Made by a program: the position numbers and the translations under genes. 64,000 nt of DNA from positions 129,237 to 193,236 of the forward strand of contig CBDCVL010000004.1 of assembly GCA_965223015.1 (NCBI GenBank), in the 5' to 3' direction. The number at the start of each line of letters is the position of its first letter. The stretch's first letter is position 1. This DNA comes from Vicinamibacterales bacterium (GTDB taxonomy: Bacteria; Acidobacteriota; Vicinamibacteria; Vicinamibacterales; UBA8438). Under the pieces are notes generated by a model. It saw nothing but the letters and a program-made list of their open reading frames with translations. It did no database searches and was not told the DNA's origin. Shown here piece after piece: positions 23,854 to 32,273 of this stretch.

Positions 23854-24417
23854 TTAGCGCTCTTGGTCCGGGAGCGGTGGGGCCTGGTTGTCGGATTCGA
23901 GAAACATGTGGCGGACACGCCGCTCCATAGCCCCCTCAATCAGCGAGGCGGCAGCCTTGTCGCTGACTGCGTGGACGAAAAACTCGTCGTCGTCGATGTC
24001 CATCGTGATCGTTCCAGGCGTCAAAGTGATTGAGTTCCCGAGCGTGACTTTTGCAAGGTCGCTCTTCAGGCCCGTCTTGAACTGCACGATCTGGGGGCGG
24101 AGCTTTCCGGGTCGAAGCACGAGGTAGACGACGTGAAAATTGGCCAGCACCACCTCGTACAGGAGCCAAGGAACATATGCGAGAAACCGCCGGGCCTTGG
24201 TCAAGGCGCTCGCAGACAAGGGGTCCGGGAGTATGAGATCGTACGACAGTGTGGCCACGATGGCGGAACAGGCGAGACCGAGACCGAGATGCAGGATGTC
24301 GAAGTGACCCGAGAACACCATCCAAAAAGCGAACAGAATCACGAAGACGCCGAAACGCCTGACCTGATTGGAACGTCCACCCGGCGTCATCGGGGCCGAT
24401 TGTACCTGATGGTTCAA
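23854..24417 (-). CDS. mrpE: MrpE/MnhE subunit
   Basis: 187 aa with ITLTPGTITMDID. The annotated TTG start overlaps the pcrA stop (TTGA). An alternative ATG lies at 24390. Confidence 0.8.
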   Translation of the reverse strand: MNHQVQSAPMTPGGRSNQVRRFGVFVILFAFWMVFSGHFDILHLGLGLACSAIVATLSYDLILPDPLSASALTKARRFLAYVPWLLYEVVLANFHVVYLVLRPGKLRPQIVQFKTGLKSDLAKVTLGNSITLTPGTITMDIDDDEFFVHAVSDKAAASLIEGAMERRVRHMFLESDNQAPPLPDQER

Positions 24418-26681
24418 GCCCGCTCCAACTTCGCGTAACGTCCCAGGAGCTTCTTGGGTCCGGCTGTCGCGAATCTAACAATCATCTTGATGTCATCCTG
24501 GAGCGGCTCTATCGATTCAACCGTGCCGACGCCGAACGTCGCGTGACGAACACGCATACCTGGTCGGACGTGCAGTGCTGATTGGTCTTCGTCGGCCTCG
24601 TCGTACGGCATCGGCTGCTCGTCGAGGTTGTCCGAATGATCTCGCCGCCGGCGTTGCCACTCCCCGGTCTGACGCCGGCCGGAGCGAGCGACGTAGGCAG
24701 GAGCGGTTGTCGGCTCCACGACTTCGAGGAGATCGCTCGGTACCTCATCGAGGAACCGAGAAGGCTCGGTCGATTGATACTCCCCGAAAACGCGGCGCCT
24801 GGCGGCGCTCGTCAGCACGAGCTGTGACTGAGCGCGTGTCATGCCGACGTAACACAGGCGCCGCTCCTCTTCGAGTTCCGCCTCATCATCGACTGACCGG
24901 GCGTGCGGAAACAGCCCTTCCTCCATGCCGGCCATTACGACAAGCGGAAACTCGAGCCCCTTGGCGGCGTGAAGGGTCATCAACCAAATGCGAGCATCGC
25001 GAGCCCCCTTGTGTTCATCTGCCTCTGAAAGTAGCGACAGTCGGTCAACGAATCCGGGCAGGCTGGCTTCTGCCTTACGGACCTCGTAGTCACGGGCGGC
25101 CGAGACGAGCTCTTGGAGGTTCGCGAGCCTCCCTTCGGCCTCTTCGGTGGCGGCTTCCCGCAAGGCCGTGATATACCCCGTCTGGTCAAGAGTCTTGGCG
25201 AGGGAGACCGACGCTGGTTCGTCCCTGGCGATTGCCGCAAGGTTCACGAGAAGCTCCCTGAACCGGCCCAGGGCCGTGAGCGCGCGGGCCGGAACCAACT
25301 TCTCGTCGACGGCCCGCTCAACACGAGCCCAGAGTGAACGAGCCGTTGGCTCGGCCTCCTGCGTGGTGCTCGCGAAGAGCGGCGCATCGGATGGCGCCGG
25401 TTCCGGATCGATCCGCTCGAGTGCCTCCATCACCCCCTTGCCGATGCCGCGGGGCGGGACGTTGATCACGCGCCGGAGGCTGACGTCGTCATCAGGGTTG
25501 AGCATGAGTCTCAGATACGAGAGCGCGTCCTTGACTTCCTTGCGCTCGTAGAACCGGACGCTGCCCACGATGCGATACGGAAGTCCCTCTCGAGTCAGTG
25601 CCTCTTCGAGCGAGCGCGACTGGGCGTTGGTCCGATAGAGCACTCCGACCGTATCGTCCGGTTCGGCGAGCGTTTTCCGAAGCGTCGATACAATAAAATC
25701 TGCCTCCTCGATCTCATCGTGTGCACGGTGGCAGATGACGGGCTGCCCCCCTGCCCGCTCGGTCCACAGGTGCTTGTCCTGCCGGCCTCGGTTCCGACTG
25801 ATGACACCCGACGCAGCGTCCAGAATCACTTGGGTCGAGCGGTAGTTTTGCTCGAGCCGGACGATCAAGGCATTGGGAAAATCTTCCTCGAAGGCCAGGA
25901 TGTTCCCAACGTCAGCGCCACGCCACTTGTAGATCGATTGGTCCGGATCCCCGACTACGCACAAGTTTTGGTGGGCGGCCAGGTGGCGAATCAGCAGGTA
26001 CTGTGGACGGTTCGTGTCCTGATACTCGTCCACCATGACGTACCGGAACTGCTTCGTGTAGCGAGCGCGCGCCGCCGCCGAGCCTTCGAAGAGCGCCACT
26101 GCCTTGAGAAGGAGGTCGTCGAAGTCGAGCGCATTCGATTCCGTGAGCGCGCGAGTGTAGGCATCGTAGACCTTGGCAATCTGCTCGTCGCGGAAGTGAC
26201 GGCCGGCGTCACGAAGTGCCTCAACATCCTGCATCTGGTTCTTCGCGTGGCTGATTCGGCTTAGCATGGCCCGCGGCGACGTAATCCGATCGTCAACGTC
26301 GAGCGCGCGCATCGCCCGCTTCACCACGGTCAACTGGTCGGAAGAGTCGTAGATGACGAAATCACGTGACAGGCCTACCAGAGGGGCTTCGCGACGGAGC
26401 AGGCGTGCACAGAACGAGTGGAATGTTGAGAGCCAGAGACCCGGGTATGCCGACCCGAGGAGGCGCTCGACTCGGGAGCGCATCTCGTCGGCTGCTTTGT
26501 TGGTGAAGGTGACGGCGAGGATCTGTTCAGGTTTGGCGTGGCCGTCCCCGATCAAGTAGGCCGTACGGTAGGAGATGACGCGCGTCTTCCCGGAGCCCGC
26601 TCCGGCAAGGATCAGGAGCGGCCCTTCGCGGTGGAGGGCGGCACGTCGTTGCTCAGGATTGAGGGCGTTCAGGAACTGCAC
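24414..26681 (-). CDS. pcrA: ATP-dependent DNA helicase PcrA/UvrD (SF1)
   Basis: 755-aa ORF with LNPEQRRAALHREGPLLILAGAGSGKTRV, VDEYQDTN and YRSTQVILDAA. Confidence 0.95.
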   Translation of the reverse strand: MQFLNALNPEQRRAALHREGPLLILAGAGSGKTRVISYRTAYLIGDGHAKPEQILAVTFTNKAADEMRSRVERLLGSAYPGLWLSTFHSFCARLLRREAPLVGLSRDFVIYDSSDQLTVVKRAMRALDVDDRITSPRAMLSRISHAKNQMQDVEALRDAGRHFRDEQIAKVYDAYTRALTESNALDFDDLLLKAVALFEGSAAARARYTKQFRYVMVDEYQDTNRPQYLLIRHLAAHQNLCVVGDPDQSIYKWRGADVGNILAFEEDFPNALIVRLEQNYRSTQVILDAASGVISRNRGRQDKHLWTERAGGQPVICHRAHDEIEEADFIVSTLRKTLAEPDDTVGVLYRTNAQSRSLEEALTREGLPYRIVGSVRFYERKEVKDALSYLRLMLNPDDDVSLRRVINVPPRGIGKGVMEALERIDPEPAPSDAPLFASTTQEAEPTARSLWARVERAVDEKLVPARALTALGRFRELLVNLAAIARDEPASVSLAKTLDQTGYITALREAATEEAEGRLANLQELVSAARDYEVRKAEASLPGFVDRLSLLSEADEHKGARDARIWLMTLHAAKGLEFPLVVMAGMEEGLFPHARSVDDEAELEEERRLCYVGMTRAQSQLVLTSAARRRVFGEYQSTEPSRFLDEVPSDLLEVVEPTTAPAYVARSGRRQTGEWQRRRRDHSDNLDEQPMPYDEADEDQSALHVRPGMRVRHATFGVGTVESIEPLQDDIKMIVRFATAGPKKLLGRYAKLERA

Positions 26682-26767
26682 GGTCGGGTTGTCTGCCGGG
26701 ACGAGCGCATTTCATCAAATCGGGCGAGTCACTCCGGCACGGCCTTCACGCTCCGGATGGCTAGAGA

Positions 26768-28612
26768 TTACTCGACCGTGACGCTCTTGGCGAGATTTCG
26801 TGGCTGGTCGACGTCGCACCCTCGGAGTACGGCGATGTGGTAGGCGAGCAACTGGAGCGGGGCCACCATGAGGATCGGCGTCAGCAGCGGGTGCGTGGGC
26901 GGGATCGGGATCACCCAGTCTTGCGTGGGGTCGAGGATGTCGCGGAACGCCTCCGGATCTGTATCGGTCACTGCAATGATCGACGCGCCACGGCTCTTGG
27001 CTTCCTGAACGTTGGCGATCATCTTGTCGAAGAGCGGCCCGCCGGGGACTAGGGCAACGACCGGCATGTTCTCGTCGATGAGCGCGATCGGGCCATGCTT
27101 CATTTCACCCGCCGGATATCCCTCGGCGTGGATGTACGAGATTTCTTTAAGCTTCAGGGCGCCTTCGAGCGCAATCGGATAATTGACTCCACGTCCGAGG
27201 TACAAGAAGTTCGCGCGCCGGTAGAACTGCTTCGCGATCGCGGCTACGACCTCGTCGCACTGGAGCGCGTGTTGGAGCAACCCCGGCAGCTGCGTCAGGC
27301 TTTCGATCTGTTTCTGGATTTCAGCAGTGGGCACCGTCCCCCGAACCTGCGCGAGGTAGAGAGCAAGCAGGTTCAATGCGACAAGTTGCGACGTAAACGC
27401 TTTGGTCGACGCGACGCCGATCTCAGGTCCGGCATGGGTATAGACCGTGCCGTCTGCTTCTCGCGTCGCCATGCTGCCGACGACGTTGCAGATCGCGACG
27501 CTGCGCGCTTCCTTGTCCCTGGCCTCCCGGAGTGCGGCCAGTGTGTCGGCTGTCTCACCCGACTGGGTAATCACGACAGCAAGGGTCTGTTTGCCCGCTA
27601 TCGGGTCGCGGTATCGGTATTCCGAGCCGTAGTCGACATCGACTCGAACCCTCGCAAGCTGCTCGATGAGGAACTTCCCAACCAGGCCCGCATGCCAGGA
27701 CGTGCCGCAGGCGAGGACCACAACCTGTTCAATGTTCCGCAATTCATCCGCGTGTATGTTGAGCTCACCGAGGATGACCGTTCCGTGTTCTTCGGAAAAT
27801 CGGCCGAGCACCGTTTCCTGGATGGCCCACGGCTGCTCGAAGATCTCCTTCAACATGAAGTGTTTGTACCCGGCCTTCTCGGCCATGACCGGGTCCCATT
27901 GAATCCGCTCCGTCGCCTTCGAGACTGCCTTCCCTGAAAAGTTGGTGAACTCGACGGCTGACCGCGTGATGACAACCATTTCCTCGTCGCCGAGGAACAC
28001 GACGTCGCGTGTGTGGCTGAGGACGGCAGGAATGTCGGACGCGATCAGATATTCCCCATCGCCCATGCCCAGAACGAGAGGAGGGCCGTTGCGGGCCGCC
28101 ACGATCTTGTCCGGGTCTGCGGCCGAGATGAACACCAACCCAAAGAGCCCACGCAGCTGGTGGAGTGCCCGGCGCACAGCGTTCTCGAGACCGTCGTCGA
28201 GCATCTCGCGCTCAACGAGGTGAGCAACGACTTCGGTGTCGGTCTCGGTCTCGAATGTGTGACCCTCAGCTTCGAGCTCGTGTTTGAGGTCGAGATAATT
28301 TTCGATGATACCGTTGTGCACGACCACAATCTGACCGGTGCAGTCTCGGTGCGGATGGGCGTTCTCCTCAGTCGGACGTCCGTGCGTGGCCCACCGTGTG
28401 TGGCCCACACCGTAGTTGCCGTCAATGGGCTGCGACCGAATGACACCCTCCAGTCGAGAGAGCTTTCCGGCGCTTCGGCGGACCTCGACCTGTCCCTTCT
28501 CTACGAGAGCGATGCCAGCCGAATCGTAGCCTCGATACTCAAGGCGTCGCAGGCCATCGACGAGCACCGGCACGACGTCCTTGGATCCGATGTAACCAAT
28601 AATGCCGCACAT
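26768..28612 (-). CDS. glmS: Glutamine--fructose-6-phosphate aminotransferase
   Basis: 614-aa ORF with N-terminal MCGIIGYIG, two SIS domains and the C-terminal AKSVTVE. Confidence 0.97.
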   Translation of the reverse strand: MCGIIGYIGSKDVVPVLVDGLRRLEYRGYDSAGIALVEKGQVEVRRSAGKLSRLEGVIRSQPIDGNYGVGHTRWATHGRPTEENAHPHRDCTGQIVVVHNGIIENYLDLKHELEAEGHTFETETDTEVVAHLVEREMLDDGLENAVRRALHQLRGLFGLVFISAADPDKIVAARNGPPLVLGMGDGEYLIASDIPAVLSHTRDVVFLGDEEMVVITRSAVEFTNFSGKAVSKATERIQWDPVMAEKAGYKHFMLKEIFEQPWAIQETVLGRFSEEHGTVILGELNIHADELRNIEQVVVLACGTSWHAGLVGKFLIEQLARVRVDVDYGSEYRYRDPIAGKQTLAVVITQSGETADTLAALREARDKEARSVAICNVVGSMATREADGTVYTHAGPEIGVASTKAFTSQLVALNLLALYLAQVRGTVPTAEIQKQIESLTQLPGLLQHALQCDEVVAAIAKQFYRRANFLYLGRGVNYPIALEGALKLKEISYIHAEGYPAGEMKHGPIALIDENMPVVALVPGGPLFDKMIANVQEAKSRGASIIAVTDTDPEAFRDILDPTQDWVIPIPPTHPLLTPILMVAPLQLLAYHIAVLRGCDVDQPRNLAKSVTVE

Positions 28613-28715
28613 AGGCTGAAAACTGGGCAGAAGAGTCCGCGATCCCTGTCCTCCTGTTTCAGGATCGCGGATTTATCAGGCTGGCGCAATCATGGATCAG
28701 CGGATGTCAGAACAT

Positions 28716-30101
28716 CTACTCAATCTTGCGCTTCTTTTCCACCCAGCCCTCCTTGTTTTCCTGTCGGGCCCGCGCCACTCCAAGCGCACCGGGCGGCACG
28801 TCGCTGGTCACGCATGAGCCCGCCGCGACGTAGCTGTCCTTGCCGAGGGTAAGAGGCGCGACGAGCTGGGTTCCGCTACCGATGAAGACCCCGTCCTCGA
28901 TCGTTGTGCGGTGTTTCGCAGTGCCGTCGTAGTTGCACGTGATCGTGCCCGCCCCGACGTTCACGTTGGATCCGACCGTGGAGTCACCAATGTAACTCAG
29001 ATGGTTCGCCTTCGAACCGGCACCGAGTGCAGTCTGCTTCAGCTCGACGAAATTGCCCACACGGGCATTCTTCTGAAGTACCGAACCGGGGCGGAGATGT
29101 GCGAACGGTCCCACCGAGGTGCCCGACTCCAACTGGGATTCGCTGATGACGCAGCAGTTGCGCACAGTCACGTCGTCTGCGATTGTCGAGTCGACGACAC
29201 GGACCCAGGACTGCAGCTCGCATCGCGCGCCGACCGTCGTCCGGCCCTCGAGCCTGACACCGGGATAGATGACCGTATCGGCCCCGACGGTTACGTCGTC
29301 GTCGATGTAGGTTGTGGACGGGTCCTCGAGGGTGACCCCCGCTGCCATCAGCTCTTCGTTCTTGCTCTGTCTCACGATCGCACTCACTTCCGCCAGCTCG
29401 GTCTGGCTGTTGATACCTCGGATTTCGTTCGGGTTGTCGGCCGTCACAGTTCCCACGGTCAGCCGTCGTCTTCGGTACATTGGAACAAGCGCCGGAAGGT
29501 ATCGCTCGCGCTTCGGACCAGCCTCGGGAATCTGGTTGAGTGCCTCGAATAGCGGCTCGATATCGAAGGCATATACTCCGCCGTTAATCTCCCGGATGGT
29601 GCGTTGCTCGGGTGTCGCGTCGGCTTCCTCCACGATGCCAACCAGCTCACCGTTCGAGCGGATCACTCGTCCATATCCGAAGGGCCGCTCGAGCCTTGCC
29701 GTAAGGACCGTGGCGGCTGCGTCGTCTGCCTCGTGCTTTCTGAGCAGCGCCGTGAGTGTGGGTGGACTGAGGCGCGGCACGTCCCCAGAAAGAACAACGA
29801 GAGTTCCGCGAACACCAGCAAGGACCGGCTCGGCTTGCAGCAAGGCATGAGCCGTCCCCAGCTGAGGCTCCTGCCGCACGAAGCGAAGGTCTGTCTGGCT
29901 GCCAAGTGCTGCTTGAACCAGGGCGGCCTGATGTCCCACGACGACCGTCGTTGTCGCCGGCCCGATGGTTCGGGCTGCGCGGATCACCCGTTCAATGAGA
30001 GAGTGTCCCGCCAGCCGGTGGAGGACCTTCGGCCGCTCCGACCGCATCCTTGTGCCCTTGCCTGCTGCAAGCACGATGACGTGTCGGTCACGGGTCTTCA
30101 T
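28716..30101 (-). CDS. glmU: Bifunctional UDP-N-acetylglucosamine pyrophosphorylase / GlcN-1-P acetyltransferase
   Basis: 461-aa ORF with LAAGKGTRMRS and C-terminal left-handed beta-helix hexapeptide repeats. Confidence 0.95.
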   Translation of the reverse strand: MKTRDRHVIVLAAGKGTRMRSERPKVLHRLAGHSLIERVIRAARTIGPATTTVVVGHQAALVQAALGSQTDLRFVRQEPQLGTAHALLQAEPVLAGVRGTLVVLSGDVPRLSPPTLTALLRKHEADDAAATVLTARLERPFGYGRVIRSNGELVGIVEEADATPEQRTIREINGGVYAFDIEPLFEALNQIPEAGPKRERYLPALVPMYRRRRLTVGTVTADNPNEIRGINSQTELAEVSAIVRQSKNEELMAAGVTLEDPSTTYIDDDVTVGADTVIYPGVRLEGRTTVGARCELQSWVRVVDSTIADDVTVRNCCVISESQLESGTSVGPFAHLRPGSVLQKNARVGNFVELKQTALGAGSKANHLSYIGDSTVGSNVNVGAGTITCNYDGTAKHRTTIEDGVFIGSGTQLVAPLTLGKDSYVAAGSCVTSDVPPGALGVARARQENKEGWVEKKRKIE

Positions 30102-30182
30102 CGAGCACAGTGTAGTAGCTCGACCGCGAGTCGGAACAGGTGGATCGGCCGTCGGATCGGCCTCTGTGTGCGGGGGAGAGAG

Positions 30183-31220
30183 CTATTGAGCGGACCGGTC
30201 CTCGGGCCCACCATCGTCAGGGGTCGCAACCATCTGCCGAAACGCCTTATCCTCCTCCAGCTCTTCGAAGCTCGGTTCGTGCCGCGCCAAGAAGCGGTTG
30301 TCCGGGTTGAGCTCGATCGCGCGATGGAGATGAGTGACCGCCGTTGGCTTGTCGCCAGAAGCGGCACGGGCGACGGCCAGCATGTAATGCACCTGCTCGC
30401 TGTCAGGATCGCGCGTCACAGCGGCCTCGAGGTGTGTGAGCGCGTCCTCGGCGGCACCGTTGTTGAGGGCCAAGGTTGCCGCGTAGATCTGCTCCTCCAG
30501 GGTCTTGGGTGTTGGGGCAGGGGCCGCCTGGCGTTCGCAGATTTCCAGGTAGCGGCGACTGCGTTCGTGGAGCTCTCGCTCGTCCGGAAACCTGTCGATC
30601 AGCTTCCGAAACAGGGTCGCCGCCGGCCTCAGCTTCCGCAGCTGAAGTGTATGGAGAGCCTTCTCATAGATGGCGACGGCCTTGAGGGACTCGCGGCGAC
30701 GTGCCGCCGCCGCGCGATTCGCTTGGGCCCTCGATACGGCCTCCGCGCGCGCCGCTAGCTTGCGCTCGGCAGCGATCTTCTTTCGTCTTGCAGCCTTTTC
30801 GGCCTTCGGGCTTAGGGGCTTCGCGACCTTGGCGGTCCTGGCAGCCTTGGCGGTCTTCGTCCCTACCGCCTTCGCGGCCTTGGCGGTCCTCGTGGCCCCT
30901 GCTGTCTTGGTGCCCCTGGCGGTCTTCGTCCCTACCGCCTTTGCAGGCTTCGCGGCCTTGGCGGTCCTCGTGGCCCCTGCTGTCTTGGTGCCCCTGGCGG
31001 TCTTCGTCCCTACCGCTTTTGCAGGCTTGGTGGCCTTGGCGGTCCTCGTGGCCCTGGCTGCCTTGGTGGGCTTGGCGGTCTGCGTCCCCACCGCCTTTGC
31101 AGGCTTGGTGGCCTTGGCGGTCCTGGTGGCCCTGGCTACCTTTGTGGCCTTGGCTGTCTTCGCCTTTGTGGTCTTCTTGCTAGCAGGCGCCTTCTTCTTG
31201 GGCTGACTTTTCTTCGCCAT
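30183..31220 (-). CDS. Histone-H1-like Lys/Ala/Thr-rich repeat domain fused to a C-terminal TPR domain
   Basis: 345-aa ORF. Residues 1-160 are KAxK/TAK repeats (ATRTAKATKPAKAVGTKTARGTKTAG). The C-terminal half has TPR-like helices (IYAATLALNNGAAEDALTHLEAAV, HYMLAVARAASGDKPTAVTHLHRAIELNP). Confidence 0.75.
   Translation of the reverse strand: MAKKSQPKKKAPASKKTTKAKTAKATKVARATRTAKATKPAKAVGTQTAKPTKAARATRTAKATKPAKAVGTKTARGTKTAGATRTAKAAKPAKAVGTKTARGTKTAGATRTAKAAKAVGTKTAKAARTAKVAKPLSPKAEKAARRKKIAAERKLAARAEAVSRAQANRAAAARRRESLKAVAIYEKALHTLQLRKLRPAATLFRKLIDRFPDERELHERSRRYLEICERQAAPAPTPKTLEEQIYAATLALNNGAAEDALTHLEAAVTRDPDSEQVHYMLAVARAASGDKPTAVTHLHRAIELNPDNRFLARHEPSFEELEEDKAFRQMVATPDDGGPEDRSAQ
30819..31130. 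repeat. Tandem 78-bp (26-codon) coding repeat, about 4 units
   Basis: The string ggcggtcttcgtccctaccgcc recurs at 30849, 30918 and 30996 (spacing 69 and 78 bp). In the protein, ATRTAK recurs at residues 31, 57, 83 and 109. Confidence 0.8.
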
Positions 31221-31312
31221 GTAACAGGGGTCCGCACATTAGCAGAACGAGGGCACGTGATCAAGTTTCGGCCGAGACCGGTCCAACGACCGACGGTATT
31301 AGGTCATTAGAA

Positions 31313-32191
31313 CTATTCACGCTTTCCCTCCTCAAGTATCTGGTAGACCGAGCGTGCACTCAGGCCATACTTCCGGGCAATCTGGGTGACAGCCGCACGC
31401 CTTGTAGGAGTTAAATTGGTTAAACGACCAAATTCGTTCAACACGTCCTGTTTCGAAGGGGCTTCCTTCTTCTCTGTGGTTGGGTAAATGACGATCGTAA
31501 ACTCCCCACGGGGCTGGACGAAGTGGGATAAGGCGACCGAAATAGGTCCTATGACCAATTCTTCGTGGATCTTTGTCAACTCCCTGCACACTGCCACCTC
31601 ACGATCTCCGAGAGTTTCCAGCATATCGGTCAATAAACCTAATATCCTGTGGGGGGCCTCGAAGACGACAAGGGGTCCTTGCTCCAAATGGAGTGCCTGG
31701 AGCCACTTCTTTCTGGCCAACGACCTATTAGGTGGGAATCCGACGAACGTGAATCGGTTTCCGGTCAGACCCGATGCAACGAGAGCGGCGAGAACCGCGC
31801 TCGCTCCTGGAACTGGTGTTACCTGGATACCAAGGCCGAGGGCCGCCTTGACCAATGCTCCTCCGGGATCTGACAGAAGCGGTGTTCCAGCATCAGAGAC
31901 CAGGGCGATCGATTGGCCCTGTTCGAGCATGGTGAGCAATCTGGGGGCCTTTTGGTGCTCGTTGTGTTCGTGAAAGCTGAGCGTTGGAGTTTGAATGCCG
32001 TAGTGCTTCAGGAGCCTCGCTGTGCGCCGGGTATCCTCTGCGGCGACGATCGTAACTTCTCCCAGAATGCGGACTGCACGAAACGTCAGATCTTCGAGGT
32101 TGCCGATCGGCGTCGCGACAACGTACAGAACACCCCCTGGCTTCGCTGGACGGGAAGGCGACGGACGTTGGGTGGGGCGGCGTTCGGCCAC
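31313..32191 (-). CDS. rsmI: 16S rRNA (cytidine1402-2'-O)-methyltransferase RsmI
   Basis: 292-aa ORF with LYVVATPIGNLEDLTFRAVRIL and AEDTRRT. Confidence 0.9.
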   Translation of the reverse strand: MAERRPTQRPSPSRPAKPGGVLYVVATPIGNLEDLTFRAVRILGEVTIVAAEDTRRTARLLKHYGIQTPTLSFHEHNEHQKAPRLLTMLEQGQSIALVSDAGTPLLSDPGGALVKAALGLGIQVTPVPGASAVLAALVASGLTGNRFTFVGFPPNRSLARKKWLQALHLEQGPLVVFEAPHRILGLLTDMLETLGDREVAVCRELTKIHEELVIGPISVALSHFVQPRGEFTIVIYPTTEKKEAPSKQDVLNEFGRLTNLTPTRRAAVTQIARKYGLSARSVYQILEEGKRE

Positions 32192-32273
32192 AGGGTCAGA
32201 AAAGACTCATCATTGTAACATTCAGGGCGGCCCGCCTAGGAAGACCTCGCCGGTCCGTCTGGAAGACGCGCGT

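Noticed and set aside
29604-31206. 384-aa and 178/160-aa plus-strand ORFs
   Set aside because: They are antisense to glmU and to the Lys/Ala repeat gene. The Ala/Leu/Val-rich 'membrane-like' translations are simply the complement of the AAG/GCC-rich repeats.
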